Shown here in pieces: positions 51,377 to 64,000 of a DNA stretch of 64,000 nucleotides (its first letter is position 1; each line of letters begins with the position of its first letter). This DNA is from the human T2T-CHM13v2.0 reference genome, Homo sapiens. The notes below the pieces were generated by a model. It did not search any database. It was not told where the DNA came from and worked only from the letters and a program-made list of their open reading frames with translations. The DNA is taken from NCBI RefSeq assembly GCF_009914755.1, contig NC_060945.1; one strand, 5' to 3'. The translations under genes and the position numbers were made by a program.

Positions 51377-54300
51377 TCTGTAGCAACTCCCTTTTTTTTT
51401 ACACTAGGTGACATCAACTTTTTCTGTCAGTCTTATCTCTCATAATTAAAACTATTTCTAGAATTATTTTGGTCTACTGTTCATACCAGTTCCTGTTTTC
51501 AGAATATCAGTGGTGTTCTTCAAATAAACTAATGTAAGCATATTTACTCAGTCTGACATCCTGAACTGAATTCTCTATGACTTTGGAATTCTAACTCTCC
51601 CCTCTAATTTCACACATCCTTAACTTACCTTTCCCTATGTTTTAACCAGTAAGCCAAATCTCCCTGATTCTCAACTCTTAACTTGTTAAACTGCTTCAGT
51701 ATTGCAGGATAAGCAGCATGACATGAGGTATGAAAGGTGCTTTACTTGCAATAATGAACTTTTGAGGTATTTTGTCCTCAGTCAACATTATGCTATGCAA
51801 ATTCATCTGGACTCTACACCTTTTATTCCTAGAATATGCCCAAGTGGATTAGGATACTCTGCCAAGAAGAAGTTTTTTTTTCTGAGAAAATAAAGAGGTA
51901 TCACTAATTTGGAGATTCTAAATAAAGAAGTATTAATAATTTGGAGAGTCTGAATACAAGAAATAAAGGAAGGTCATGGCCCGACAGATAATAACATTTA
52001 TTACGAACATGCACTGCTTTGGACCTTATCACAGTGGTATGGAACAAATAGAATAGATTAGAAGTACTCCCTCAAATATTTTAACACATATAAGGATGTA
52101 CATATGCATATTGTGCAAATGATTTTTTAATCACATATCAGCAGAAAGAGACTACATCTAATACATAGATGGCTTGGAAAAATTGGTTAAAATCTGAAAG
52201 AAATATTACATTAGACCCACTTTCATGAGAAAAAGCAATATCTTCTCTGGATGGCCCTGGCTGTTTTCCCTTCAGTAGCCTAGCAATGAAATCCCTTAGG
52301 TAGCCTAATAATTAAGAAGTCCAGTTGGACTTCTTAGCTTCTGGCTGAACCTAATGCTGATATTCAAAATTGTGAGGAATTTAGCATGTAAAAAGAGAAT
52401 TATTTTTTCAAGATTGCAACCATGTCTTGTAAAGATCAGTGTCTTCTGACTTAGTCTGTTTATCCACATTCTCTGTCTGCGGAAGGAGGCAAAGAATTTG
52501 ATGTTAACTGAAAGCAGAGACCAGTCTGTCCACGTGGTCCCAGTCTGCCTCTCCCTGAGATGTCAAGAGCCTTAAGAATCACTAGGATTCTAGTATCCTG
52601 TTAAGCCTGTGTATATAAAAAAGTTTGTTTTGTTTTTCATATGTTTATTTTATTTTTCTTCTATTCTGACCCTGTAGTATATCATTTGTGGTGTTTGTGC
52701 TTACGTTTGATTGACATCTTTTTTTTTCTATAACATGTAGTAAAATTATTTCAAATGGTGTAAGCAATGTTAAGCAAAGAAGACAAATCATATAGGCATT
52801 TAATACCTGATATAAAAATATAGAATTCTTTTAAAAGCAAGAAATCAAAAAACGGTGTTAAATTGTTTTTAATACTATATATTCTATAATAAACGTACAG
52901 TGATTCTGTATGTCTACATGCATAATTAAATATTGAGAGATACATAACAGAAAAAGAGCCGTTTGTGATATAACTATGTTCACTTTTATCATTTTAAGTT
53001 AATTATGTCTTACTAGTGATATAATAGTTGATATAGTAATATAGTGAATTTGTGACATAAGTAACTAATCTGCCTCCTTGTACGCTTCATGCTAAAGGCT
53101 ATGAAAATAGGAAAAGACTAAAATTTCAATGTCACGACAATTATTTGTTATTGCGAAAGAACAAAGTATGCAAAACTGGCCATTTTTAACAGGAAAATTA
53201 ATGCTTTAAAATATGCATTCATTGAATTCATTGGGTCTCATATTAAATTTTGGCTGTTTTCTTCATGGAGCCATAAAGTAAGCTCTCACTGTTATAGCAG
53301 AAGTCAATTAAGCTTGCTGTACACGAGGATGCATTGTATAGATGATGTTTTTGGTCTTGGAACTGAAGAGGAGAAACCACAAAAGAGACAGAGATGGAGT
53401 GTGCAGAAATTTTATTTGAATCTCAAAGAATGAACTTAACAGAAGTCTTGGGTATAGTAATATATGAACGGTGATAGTACTATGTGTGATTTTTATTCTA
53501 TCGCATAAAGCTAAATTTTTAACTTGACTCATAAATTTAATTTATAACCAGAATAAAATTATGCTACTTAAACCTAGCAAACACATAATTTTACCAAGCT
53601 TGAATTGATGTATACAGATTTTAAGTGATTTGTATGTTTAAAATTGAAAATTAACATGAAGAATTAACATGAAGAATGAATTAAAATTATTAATTAAAAT
53701 GGAAGACTAGTTTAAATGCCCTCAATATAAGAGTGATATTTGAAAGGATAGTGTATGAATGTTATGCAGCAGTACCAGCTAAATGAAATTTTCAAAACTT
53801 ACAGGACATCTAAAATTAATGGCATGTTTTATAGTTACAGGGGTCATTAGAAAATGGGAGACATGAAATATTTAAAACTGGATAGTATTTTAGAACATAA
53901 GCACAGTAGCTGGGTTGTGCATTTTGGCATATTCAGATATTTTTACAGGAATATTTTTTCATTCTTACCTTCTGAAAAAAGAAATAATTATTTTATTTGA
54001 TTATGCAGAATTTTAAGGTATCTGAATATAATATGGAATTACGGACTTCCAAAAAGAAATGAACTGTTAAAGATTCATTTCTGTTTCTCCAATTTTTCTT
54101 TCTCTTATAATTTTATTTAAAAATATTTTTGATATAATCTTTATTTCATTGAACCTCACATGCATATATCACAGATTTAGTAGACTATTGCCTTTATTGT
54201 AATAATCTCCTCTTTCTGTCAGTACTCCCAAGGATATCTGAAATATGGATCAGAGTAGATTATCCTAATCTTTTTATTACTTTTTTCAGTACAAGCATTC

Positions 54301-55490
54301 AAAAATATATTCAAAAAATAAACTTGTAAATATACAGTATATAATACTACTGATCTTCCCTTTTTAAATATTCAGCCTCAATTTTGTTCCCATTCATCAG
54401 ATTGGCTTGAGTGGTATGAGTCCTTCTTTGCCAACTCCTGCCTGCTTACTCAGGGTATTTTCTGAGGCCCAAAGACTGAAGGAGTCACCTCTAGGCAACC
54501 CTCACTCACTTGTGGGAAATCATGTGCATTTCTATCATCCCATAAACATCTTCATCTCATGACAGCTTTTAAACTGTTTGGAAACCTACTCCGCATGCCT
54601 AGAGATTTAGCAAAAGGAGAAGGATAAGTAAAAAACAGAGCCTTGGTTTTTAGTTTTTATTTTTACTCTATCAACATCAATGATTTTGCATCTAGTTTAG
54701 CAAGGAAATGATCGGCTCTGTGTCTCGGTGCTCTGGGAATTTTATCTCATCATTCAAAACTCCTACCTTACTTAACTGTTTGAAAGTAATGTCAATTTCT
54801 TCTTATAAGTAAAGGTGTTAGTTTGCCATTGTTACATATGGCATCACATAGTATGTATTAATACATACATAAGTACATTTGATTTAAAGAAAATTTAAAA
54901 CTTCTTCAAATTAATCATTTCTAAATCACCAGTACAAAATATTGAATGACTGGTGGACAGTAAATATTGTGGAGTCCTGGACAAAGTCTTTTTTATCACA
55001 CTATGTCAACAACATTAAGTGCAATTTTTGAAACATATTTGGCACTCAGAAGAGTTGTAAATAAGTGAATGAATGAGTAAATGAAAGGCAACTATAATTG
55101 GAGTTAGTGGTAGGAAATAAAAGTCAATACATAGAAACAAGATTTTCTCAAACATTGAGGTTGCTTTTCTTTTTTTATCCAGTGATAATTTTGAGCTCCT
55201 AAATCATGTTATTCTAGTTCCCCACAATTAAACTGTCAATGTTTTATTCTATAAGTACTATCTTCATGTAAATCAGACAAGCAGATTATAGAGCAGCATA
55301 CAATACATGTCAGCAGGATAAACGTGCGTCACATCAAATCAAATTGGTTTGAATTGGGTTGAATCTGTATTTATGATAACTATTTGGATGTTTCATGAGT
55401 AAGGTAGGAAACTACTTATTGGAAGGTTATATTTGGTTTTTCTTCCTGAGCATTTACAAGTTCTCTTGTATGTGGTTTTATCAACTTTAA

Positions 55491-55620
55491 CCCATTTATG
55501 CCTGAGGTTGCAATTTTTTGAATTTTTGCAATCAGACCTTGGCGATGACCTTGAGCAGTAGGGTATAAATAACTTCCACATGCTTAGCAGTCCAATAATG
55601 GAACAGTAGGCACAAATTCG
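55491..55620 (-). mobile_element. MER85 piggyBac (PGBD3-derived) MITE
   Basis: cccatttatgcctgaggttgcaattttttgaatttttgcaatcagaccttggcgatgacc... with TTAA TSD at 55487-55490 and 55621-55624. Confidence 0.93.
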
Positions 55621-56204
55621 TTAAATAGAACCAGAATACTTAATACACTAGACATTTGTTTAAAAAGTCATTTATCTAAAACAGCTTAAGTACTTTGATC
55701 AAAAGTGTTTAATAAAGCCAAAAAAAAAGTCACCAAAAAATGTTTGTATTGTTTTTGGTTGGTTTGTCATTATAAGTATCGTAATATGTCAGTCAGTAGG
55801 GTATGTTTAAATTTACTGCCAAATTTCCACAGCCTGCTCATTTTGTGGGTAATAAATATTACACTGTCAATAAAATCCTTAAAAATAGGAGAATTTCAGT
55901 CAACATTTTTTGATTCCCCAGATTTTTAATTTTGTTATTGAGTCAGAGAAAATAATTATGATATATGGGAACCAAAGTTTCAGCATTCGAGAGATGCCAT
56001 ATCTTATGAAAGAATTAGTATCTTTGTCTATGTAAAAATAAAAATCTACTCATACTCTGAAGTCTTTATTTTGGGAGAATACATAATTTTAGCCAATTCG
56101 GATAGCAGGTTTTATGCCATTACTAGATTGCTTGCATGTCTTGCAGTATCTCGACCTAGGCCTCTTTTCTTGCCTATTGGAAGTCATATTCATGTCAGTA
56201 TTTG

Positions 56205-56287
56205 TTTGGACGACATAGTCTACAGCTTTAAGAGCTTGAATCCCCACCTGAGGAATTGATCAAGTCACTTAACCACTCTGTGCTTCT

Positions 56288-56334
<47 letters not shown>

Positions 56335-56460
56335 TCAGAATAGTGATACTATCCATTTTACTGCGTTATTATGAGGAATAGATAAAGTGATAGTTGCAAA
56401 GCCCTTAGAACAGTGCCTGGAATATACCAAGTAACACACAAGTGTTGCTATTGTTATTAT
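56205..56460 (+). mobile_element. MIR split by a (CA)n repeat
   Basis: caagtcacttaaccactctgtgcttc, and 3' end aagcccttagaacagtgcctggaatata. Confidence 0.8.
56291..56332. repeat. (CA)21 microsatellite
   Basis: Read directly from the sequence. Confidence 0.97.
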
Positions 56461-57594
56461 CTTTATAGTCTGTAATTCGATGTTTTCTCAGTCAGGAATT
56501 CAACGTGGCTTATTGAAGGTATTGTCATAATTGTCCAGTGAATCTCTATGCTTCTGGAGCTCACAATTTGATATTTTAAAACTTCAAATTCACACAAATG
56601 CAAATAAATCTTTTAAAAGTTTAAGATTTATTCACAAGTAATTTTTTTGACAATCTATAACAAAGGCTAAAAATAATTTTTAAAAATAGATAGCTTTGTG
56701 TTATGATGCCAATGCATTAATTCCTACTGTTATTATTAAATAATTATGAGACAATGGGCAAATCATTTTTACTTCCTAAAGAAATTTGTATCATCTTTAA
56801 GAGGCTAAAAGCTTGCTTTTCAGATTTGTAATTATTAATACAATAATTTTTTATTTTTATTTAATAAAATAAAACAAAGCAAGTTGATTTTTATATATCA
56901 CTTAAGAATTTCAGTAACTAAATTTTGCAATTGTAATTTTATTGTATCAGGCATTTATCATCAAATAATATAATTTTCTAGGTTTCATTTGTTTGTGAAT
57001 TTGTATTGGCAAAGGGGCTGTTTTATTATGTTGCACAAAACTAACTTCCCTGTGATATTTCATAAGTAACAGCACATTCATATAACTCTATTTATATAGC
57101 ATGTATAGATTTTATATATATATGTATTTTATATACATGCTTCTGAAAAAAAAAATTGTACATCAAGTATCATAACTTTAATGTAGCAGAATGAACTAGG
57201 AGAGAAAAATTAAAGGTCAGTGATTGAACCTTAAAAATGTTCTATGGAGAATTACTTTTAAGGTACATTCTATTCCAATTGTTTTCAGTTATGCCACTTC
57301 ATATATTTAGATCGATATACTTTCACTTTGACTCAATCTAAACTTTTAATAATTTTTTATATTTTAAAAATATAAAAACATGACAAGAATAGCATTTATC
57401 ATAATATATATTATTCAAATATATATTACATATTATATATAATTTATAGTCTATGCATTCTGTATATATACATTATATATGTTATATAGTGCATATGTGT
57501 ACACAGTACATATGTATACTAAATATACCTATATATACTATATAAATGTACAACAAATTTGTAACATCATTCTAACTACATTAAGGATAAATCC

Positions 57595-58640
<1,046 letters not shown>

Positions 58641-58650
58641 ATATGCTTGT

Positions 58651-58968
58651 TTTATTTTTATTTTTATTTATTTATTTATTTATTTATTTTTGAGACAGAG
58701 TCTCACTCTGTCGCCCAGGCTGGAGTGCAGTGGCGCGATCTCGGCTCACTGCAACCTCCGCCTCCCAGTTTCACGCCATTCTGCCTCAGCCGCCGAAGTA
58801 GCTGGGACTACAGGTGCCCACCACCACGCCCAGCTAATTTTTTGTATTTTTGTAGAGACAGGGTTTCACCATGTTGGCCAGGATGGTCTGGATCTCCTGA
58901 CCTCATGATCTGCCAGCCTTGGCCTCCCAAAGTGCTGGGATTATAGGCGTGAGCCACAGCACCTGGCC
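58651..58968 (-). mobile_element. AluS (Sc-like)
   Basis: Full dimer, (TTTA)n tail, ccaggatggtctggatctcctgacctcatgatc. Confidence 0.95.
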
Positions 58969-58974
58969 TATTTT

Positions 58975-59306
58975 TAAATTTTTTATAAATCTATACACTA
59001 TTTTTCATAACAGCTGTACCAATCTACATTTTGAACAACTGTGTTTTATAATCATTTCTTATCTTTAGACTTTTTGATGACAGTCATCCAAATGGATGTT
59101 AGGTGATATCTCACAGTGGTTTTAATTTGCCTTTCTATGATGATTGATGATGTTAGGCAACTTCTCATATGCCTGTTTGCCATTTTTATGTCTTCTTTGG
59201 GTAAATGTCTACTCAGGTCTTTTTCTAGCTTTTACTTTGGTAATTTGTTTTTCTGCTATTGAGTGGTATAAGTACTTTATACATTTTGGATATTAACTTT
59301 ATCAGA
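58975..59306 (-). mobile_element. Old L1M ORF2 3' fragment
   Basis: ggtgatatctcacagtggttttaatttgcctttctatgatgatt...tggatattaac. Confidence 0.7.
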
Positions 59307-60330
59307 TATTTTTATTTTAATTTTTGTGGGTACATAGTAGGTGTGTGTATATATATGGGGCACATGAGATGTTTTGATACAGGCATGCAATGTGTCATAA
59401 TCACATCATAAAGAATGAGATATCTATCCCCTCAAGCATTTATCCTTTGTGTCACAAACAATCAAATTATACTCTTAGTTATTTTTAAATGTATGATTAA
59501 GTTATATAGTCACCTGTTGTGCTACCAAATAGTAGGTCCTTTTGATTCATTCTATTTTTTGTACCTATTAAGCATCTGTACCTCCTCTACACCACCCCCA
59601 CCCCCCGACTACTCTTCCCATCCTATGGTAACCATCCTTCTACTCTCTATGTCCATTAAGTGTAATTATTATGATCTTTAGATCCACAAATATGTGAGAA
59701 CATGCAATTCTGTATTTCTGTGCCTGGCTTATTTCACTTAACCTAAAGATCGCTAGTTTCACCCATGTTGTTGCAAATGACAGGTCTCATTCTTTCTTAT
59801 GATTAATTAGCACTCCATTGTGTATGTGTAGCACGTTTTCTTTATCCATTTATCTGTAGGTGAACACGTAGGTTGCCTCCAAAACCTGACTACGTGAGTA
59901 GTGCTGTAATAAATATGAGAATGCAAATATGTCCTCAATATACTGATTTCTTTTGTTTGGGGAATATAGCTAGCAGTAGTATTGCTGGGTCACATTTGTA
60001 TTCTATTTTTTCATTGTTGAGGAATTTTCATGCTGTTCTCTATAGTGTTTGTGCTAGTTTATATTCACACCAACAGTGTTTAAGGGTTCCCTTTTCTCCA
60101 TATTCCCACTAGCATTTGTTATTGTCTGTCTTTGTATAAAAGCCATTTTTTACTGGGGTGAGATGATAACTCATAGTAGTTTTGATTTGCATTTCATGCA
60201 AATCACATCATGGTCGGTGTTGAGCACCTTTTCATATGACTGTTCGACATTTGTATGTCTTCTTATGTGAAATGTCTATTCAGATCTTTTGCCTATTTTT
60301 AAGCAGATTATTAGATTTTCTCCTATGAAG
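59307..60330 (-). mobile_element. L1MA2-like 3' end
   Basis: aatttttgtgggtacatagtaggtgt...catgagatgttttgatacaggcatgcaatg...cccctcaagcatttatcctttgtg. Confidence 0.88.
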
Positions 60331-61908
60331 TTCTCATCATTTAGCTGCCACTTAAAAGTGAGAACATGTGGTATTTGGTTTTCTATTTCTGCATTAGTTT
60401 GCTAAGGATAAAAGCCACCAGCTCCAACTATGTTCCTGCAAAAGTCATTAATTTTTAAGGCTACATAGTATTCCATGGTGTAATCTCTACCATATTTTCT
60501 TTATCCTATCTGTCATGGATGGACATTTAGGTTTATTCTATGTCTTTGCTATTGTGAATAGTGCCTCAATGAATATTTGTGTGCATGTGACTTTATAGTA
60601 CAATAATTTATATTCCTCTAAATTTATACCCAGTAATGGTATTGTTCTGTTTTTAACTCTTTGAGAAATCACCATACTGCTTTCCATAATGGCTGAACTA
60701 ATTTACACTCCCATCAACAGTGTATAAGTGTTCCTTTTTCTCTGCAATCTTGTCACCATCTTTTTTTTTTTGACTTTTTAATAATAGCCATTCTGCCTGA
60801 TGCAATATAGTATCATCGTGGTTTTGATTTGCATTTCTCTAATGATTAGACTTTTTAATATGCTTGTTGGCCACATTTGTTTTTCTGTTTTTTTTTGTTT
60901 GTTTTTTTTTTTTTTTTTTTTTGGAAAAGGGTCTGTTCAAGTCATTTGCACACTTTTTAATGGGGTTGTTTCTTTTTCCCCTGTAAATGTGTTTAAGTTT
61001 ATTATAGATGCTGGATATAGACCTTTATAGATGCATAGTTTGCAAATATTTTCACCCATTCTCTAGGTTATCTGTTTACTCCATTGATGGTGTTTTTTTT
61101 TTTTTTCCTGTGCAGAAGCTCTTTAATTAGATCCCATTTGTCCATTTTTGCTTTTGCTTGATTGCTTTTGATGTGTTTCTCATGAAGTCTTTGCCCATTC
61201 CTGTGTTCAGGGTGTATTGCCTACGTTATCTTCCAGGGTTTTTTAAATAAGATTTTGGTTTTACATTTAAATATTTAATCCATCTTGAGTTGATTTTTGT
61301 ATATGGTGTAAGGAAAGTGTCCAACTTCAATCTTCTGCACCATTTATTAAAGAGTAAGTATTTTCTCCATTTCTTGTTTTTGTCAGTTTTGTTGAAGGTC
61401 AGGTGGTTGTAGGTGTGCGGCCTTATTTCTGGGCTCTCTATTCCATTTTGTTCATCTATGTGCCTGTTTTTGTACCAGTACCATGCTATTTTGGTTACTA
61501 TAGCCTTGTTTGAAGCCAGGTAAAATGATGCCTCCAGCTTCGGTATTTTTGCTGAGAATTGCCTTGGCTATTTGGGCTGGTTTTGTTTCCATATCAATTT
61601 TTAAATAGATTTTTTGGGTTCTGCAAAGAATGTAATTGGTAGTTTGAGAGAAATAGCATTGCATCTGTAAATTGCTTTGGGCAGTATGGTCATTTTAATG
61701 ACATTGATTCTTCCTCTTCATGAGAATGGGAAGTTATTCCATTTATTTGTGTCTTGTCTGATTTCTTTAAGCAGTGTTTTGTAATTCTCATGGTGGAGAT
61801 CTTTCACCTCCAGGTTAGCTGGATTCCCAGATATTTTATTCATGTTGTGGTAATTGTGAATGAGATTGCCTTCCTTTTCTGGCTCTCAGCTTGACTGTTT
61901 TTGATGTA
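60331..61908 (-). mobile_element. L1PA15/16-like ORF2-3'UTR segment without its terminus
   Basis: tcatcatttagctgccacttaaaagtgagaacatgtggtatttgg...gtttgctaaggataa, followed by antisense ORF2. Confidence 0.75.
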
Positions 61909-63250
61909 TAACCCATTATTTTTAGCTGATAATAACTTTGTTTGCATAAACAAATAAAATACTAATAAAAACTCTACTTTGTCCACCAGCTTTTTTTTTT
62001 TCTATTTATATGTTATGGTACTGTGTCTTAAAAATTGTTGTAGTTATTTTTGATTGGTTCATCATTTAGTTTTTCTAGTATGAATAAAGATAGTTTCCAC
62101 CCACAGTTGTGATAATATTCTGTGTTTTTCTTTGAAATCATTATTAGCAGTGAGTTTTGTAACTTCAGTTGATTATTTATTGCTTATTACCATCCTTTTC
62201 TTTCTGATTGAGCATTTCTTATAGGACAGATCTGATGTTGATGAAATCCCTCCATGGGAAAATTGTTTGTCTGGGAAAGTTGTTATTTCTTCTTCATTAT
62301 GAAAGGATATTTTTATTAGGTATACTATTCTAGAGTATTTTTTATTTCAGCATGTTAAATCTTTAAATATGTTATGCCGCTCTTTCCTGGCCTGTAGGAC
62401 TTTCACTGAAAAGTCTATTGTGAGATGTCTTAGAGCTCCATTGTGTGCTATTTGCTTCTTTTATCTTGCTGCTTCTAAGATCTTTTGTTTATCCTAGATC
62501 TTTCAGAGTTTGATTGTTAAATGCCTTGAGGCAGTCTTCCTTGGGTTAAGTTTGCCAGGTTTCTATAACCTTCTTGTACTTGGAAATTGTTTTCTTTCCC
62601 TAGGTTTGGTAAGTTCCTTATTATTATTCTTTTGAGTAAACTTTCTACCCCTATCTTTTTCTCTACTTCTTCTTTAAGGGCAATAACTCAGATTTGCATT
62701 TTGAGGTTATTTTCTAGATCCTGTAGGCATGCATTATCATTTTTTATTCTTGTTTCTTTTGTCTCCTCTGACTGTATATTTTCAAAGAGCTTATCTTCAA
62801 GCTCACTAATTCTTTATTCTGCTTGGTAAATTCTGGTATTAAAAGACTATAATGCCATTCTTCAGTATGCCCATTGCATTTTTCTACTTAATTCGTTTTA
62901 GTTATTTCAACCTCTTGTGTAATATACATGATGGAATTCTAAATTACTTCTCTGCATTATCTTGTATTTCTTTGAGTTTCCTTGAAACAGCTATTTTGAA
63001 TTCTCTCTCTGAATGGTCACATGTCTCTTTTTTCCAGGATTGGTACCTGGTACCTTACTTAGTTCATTTGGTAAGGTCATGTTTTCCTGGAGTGTCTTGA
63101 TACTGGTAGATGTTCATCTGTGTCTGGCCATTGAAGAATTATGTATTTATTATAGTCTTCACTGTCTGAGCTTGTTTGTACCTGTCTTCCTTGAGAAGGC
63201 TTTCCAGATATTTAAAAGGACTTGTGTGTTGTAATCTAGGCTGTATCTTC
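61909..63250 (-). mobile_element. L1MA (L1M1) ORF1 and 5'UTR-end segment
   Basis: Antisense homologue of 12560-14170, e.g. ttcttcactgtctgagcttgtttgta and ctagatcctgtaggcatgc. Confidence 0.85.
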
Positions 63251-64000
63251 TTTTTCATGGGAATAAAAGTGGTTTCTGAGAAAATAAAAAAAGATAGACT
63301 GAATGATGTGGAAGAGTCTTTCTTAGATGGTATCCTAGTCCTTATTGACACAAAAAATGTTGCCCTTTTCAGAATGTTTCATATCCCTCATAACTTTTTA
63401 GGCTAATGAAAAATATGTGATATTCGTCATATATGTGGGTACTGTTGTGCTCTAATTTATGTTTTAAAGTTAGATTAAGCCTGTATCTACACTCCTGTGT
63501 GTAGTCAGATAGCATTTTTACTATTATGCAGTCACATCAGAATGTCAATTTCCTCCTATACTCCTTCTTTTAAATGCTGCTATTGATTTATTTATTTAAT
63601 GTCATTTGCTTCACAAGGTTGTTAAGGATATTGAGGCTCAAGTATTGTATCTTGAACTTATTTTCTACATAGAGCATTATGGTTATGTTGGGGCAATTAC
63701 AAGGGTTAATTTAGGCAGTTTTTAAATCATCTATAAGGAGCAATTATGGTATCATCTATAAGTTATACCACCAAAAATGCATTCAAATTGTATTGTTTTG
63801 AATGCAGCTGCTTCATTGGTTGTCATTAAGTCAGGGAAGTGGATGTGATACTTTCAAGAGTTGCAGTTTTTGAATAAAAATTAATCCCACCCCTATTTCT
63901 CAAGTTATAAAACCATTAGCTTGACACCACCTCACTTATAAGGTATGATGTAGCCTTAAAAGTAAATGTGCTTTGGGTCAAATGGATATAGAGACAGTGA

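Overview
This is AT-rich, repeat-dense primate (human-like) intergenic or deep intronic DNA. I find no supportable protein-coding gene, RNA gene or CRISPR array. The recognisable ORFs in the track are decayed Alu, L1 or MaLR frames, and the rest look like chance ORFs. The window holds a near full-length L1MA2-like element with nested THE1 LTRs and an L1PB1, a full-length L1PB with a perfect 14-bp TSD, several L1PA/L1MA 3' fragments, 11 Alus, LTR12, MLT1/MLT2/LTR33/LTR16/MER-type LTRs, a piggyBac MITE (MER85), MIR/L2 relics and microsatellites. The most interesting signal is a set of template-switch or fold-back scars readable directly in the sequence: a ~246-bp duplication around an L1PB1, an 85-bp inverted copy of a neighbouring L1 with hairpins at both junctions, an LTR12 at the centre of a ~100-bp palindrome marking a probable inversion breakpoint, an internal ORF1 inversion, a MER102-like piece inside a younger L1, and a twin-primed old L1. 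Subfamily names come from recalled consensus sequences and need RepeatMasker/Dfam confirmation. Boundaries of old elements are approximate.
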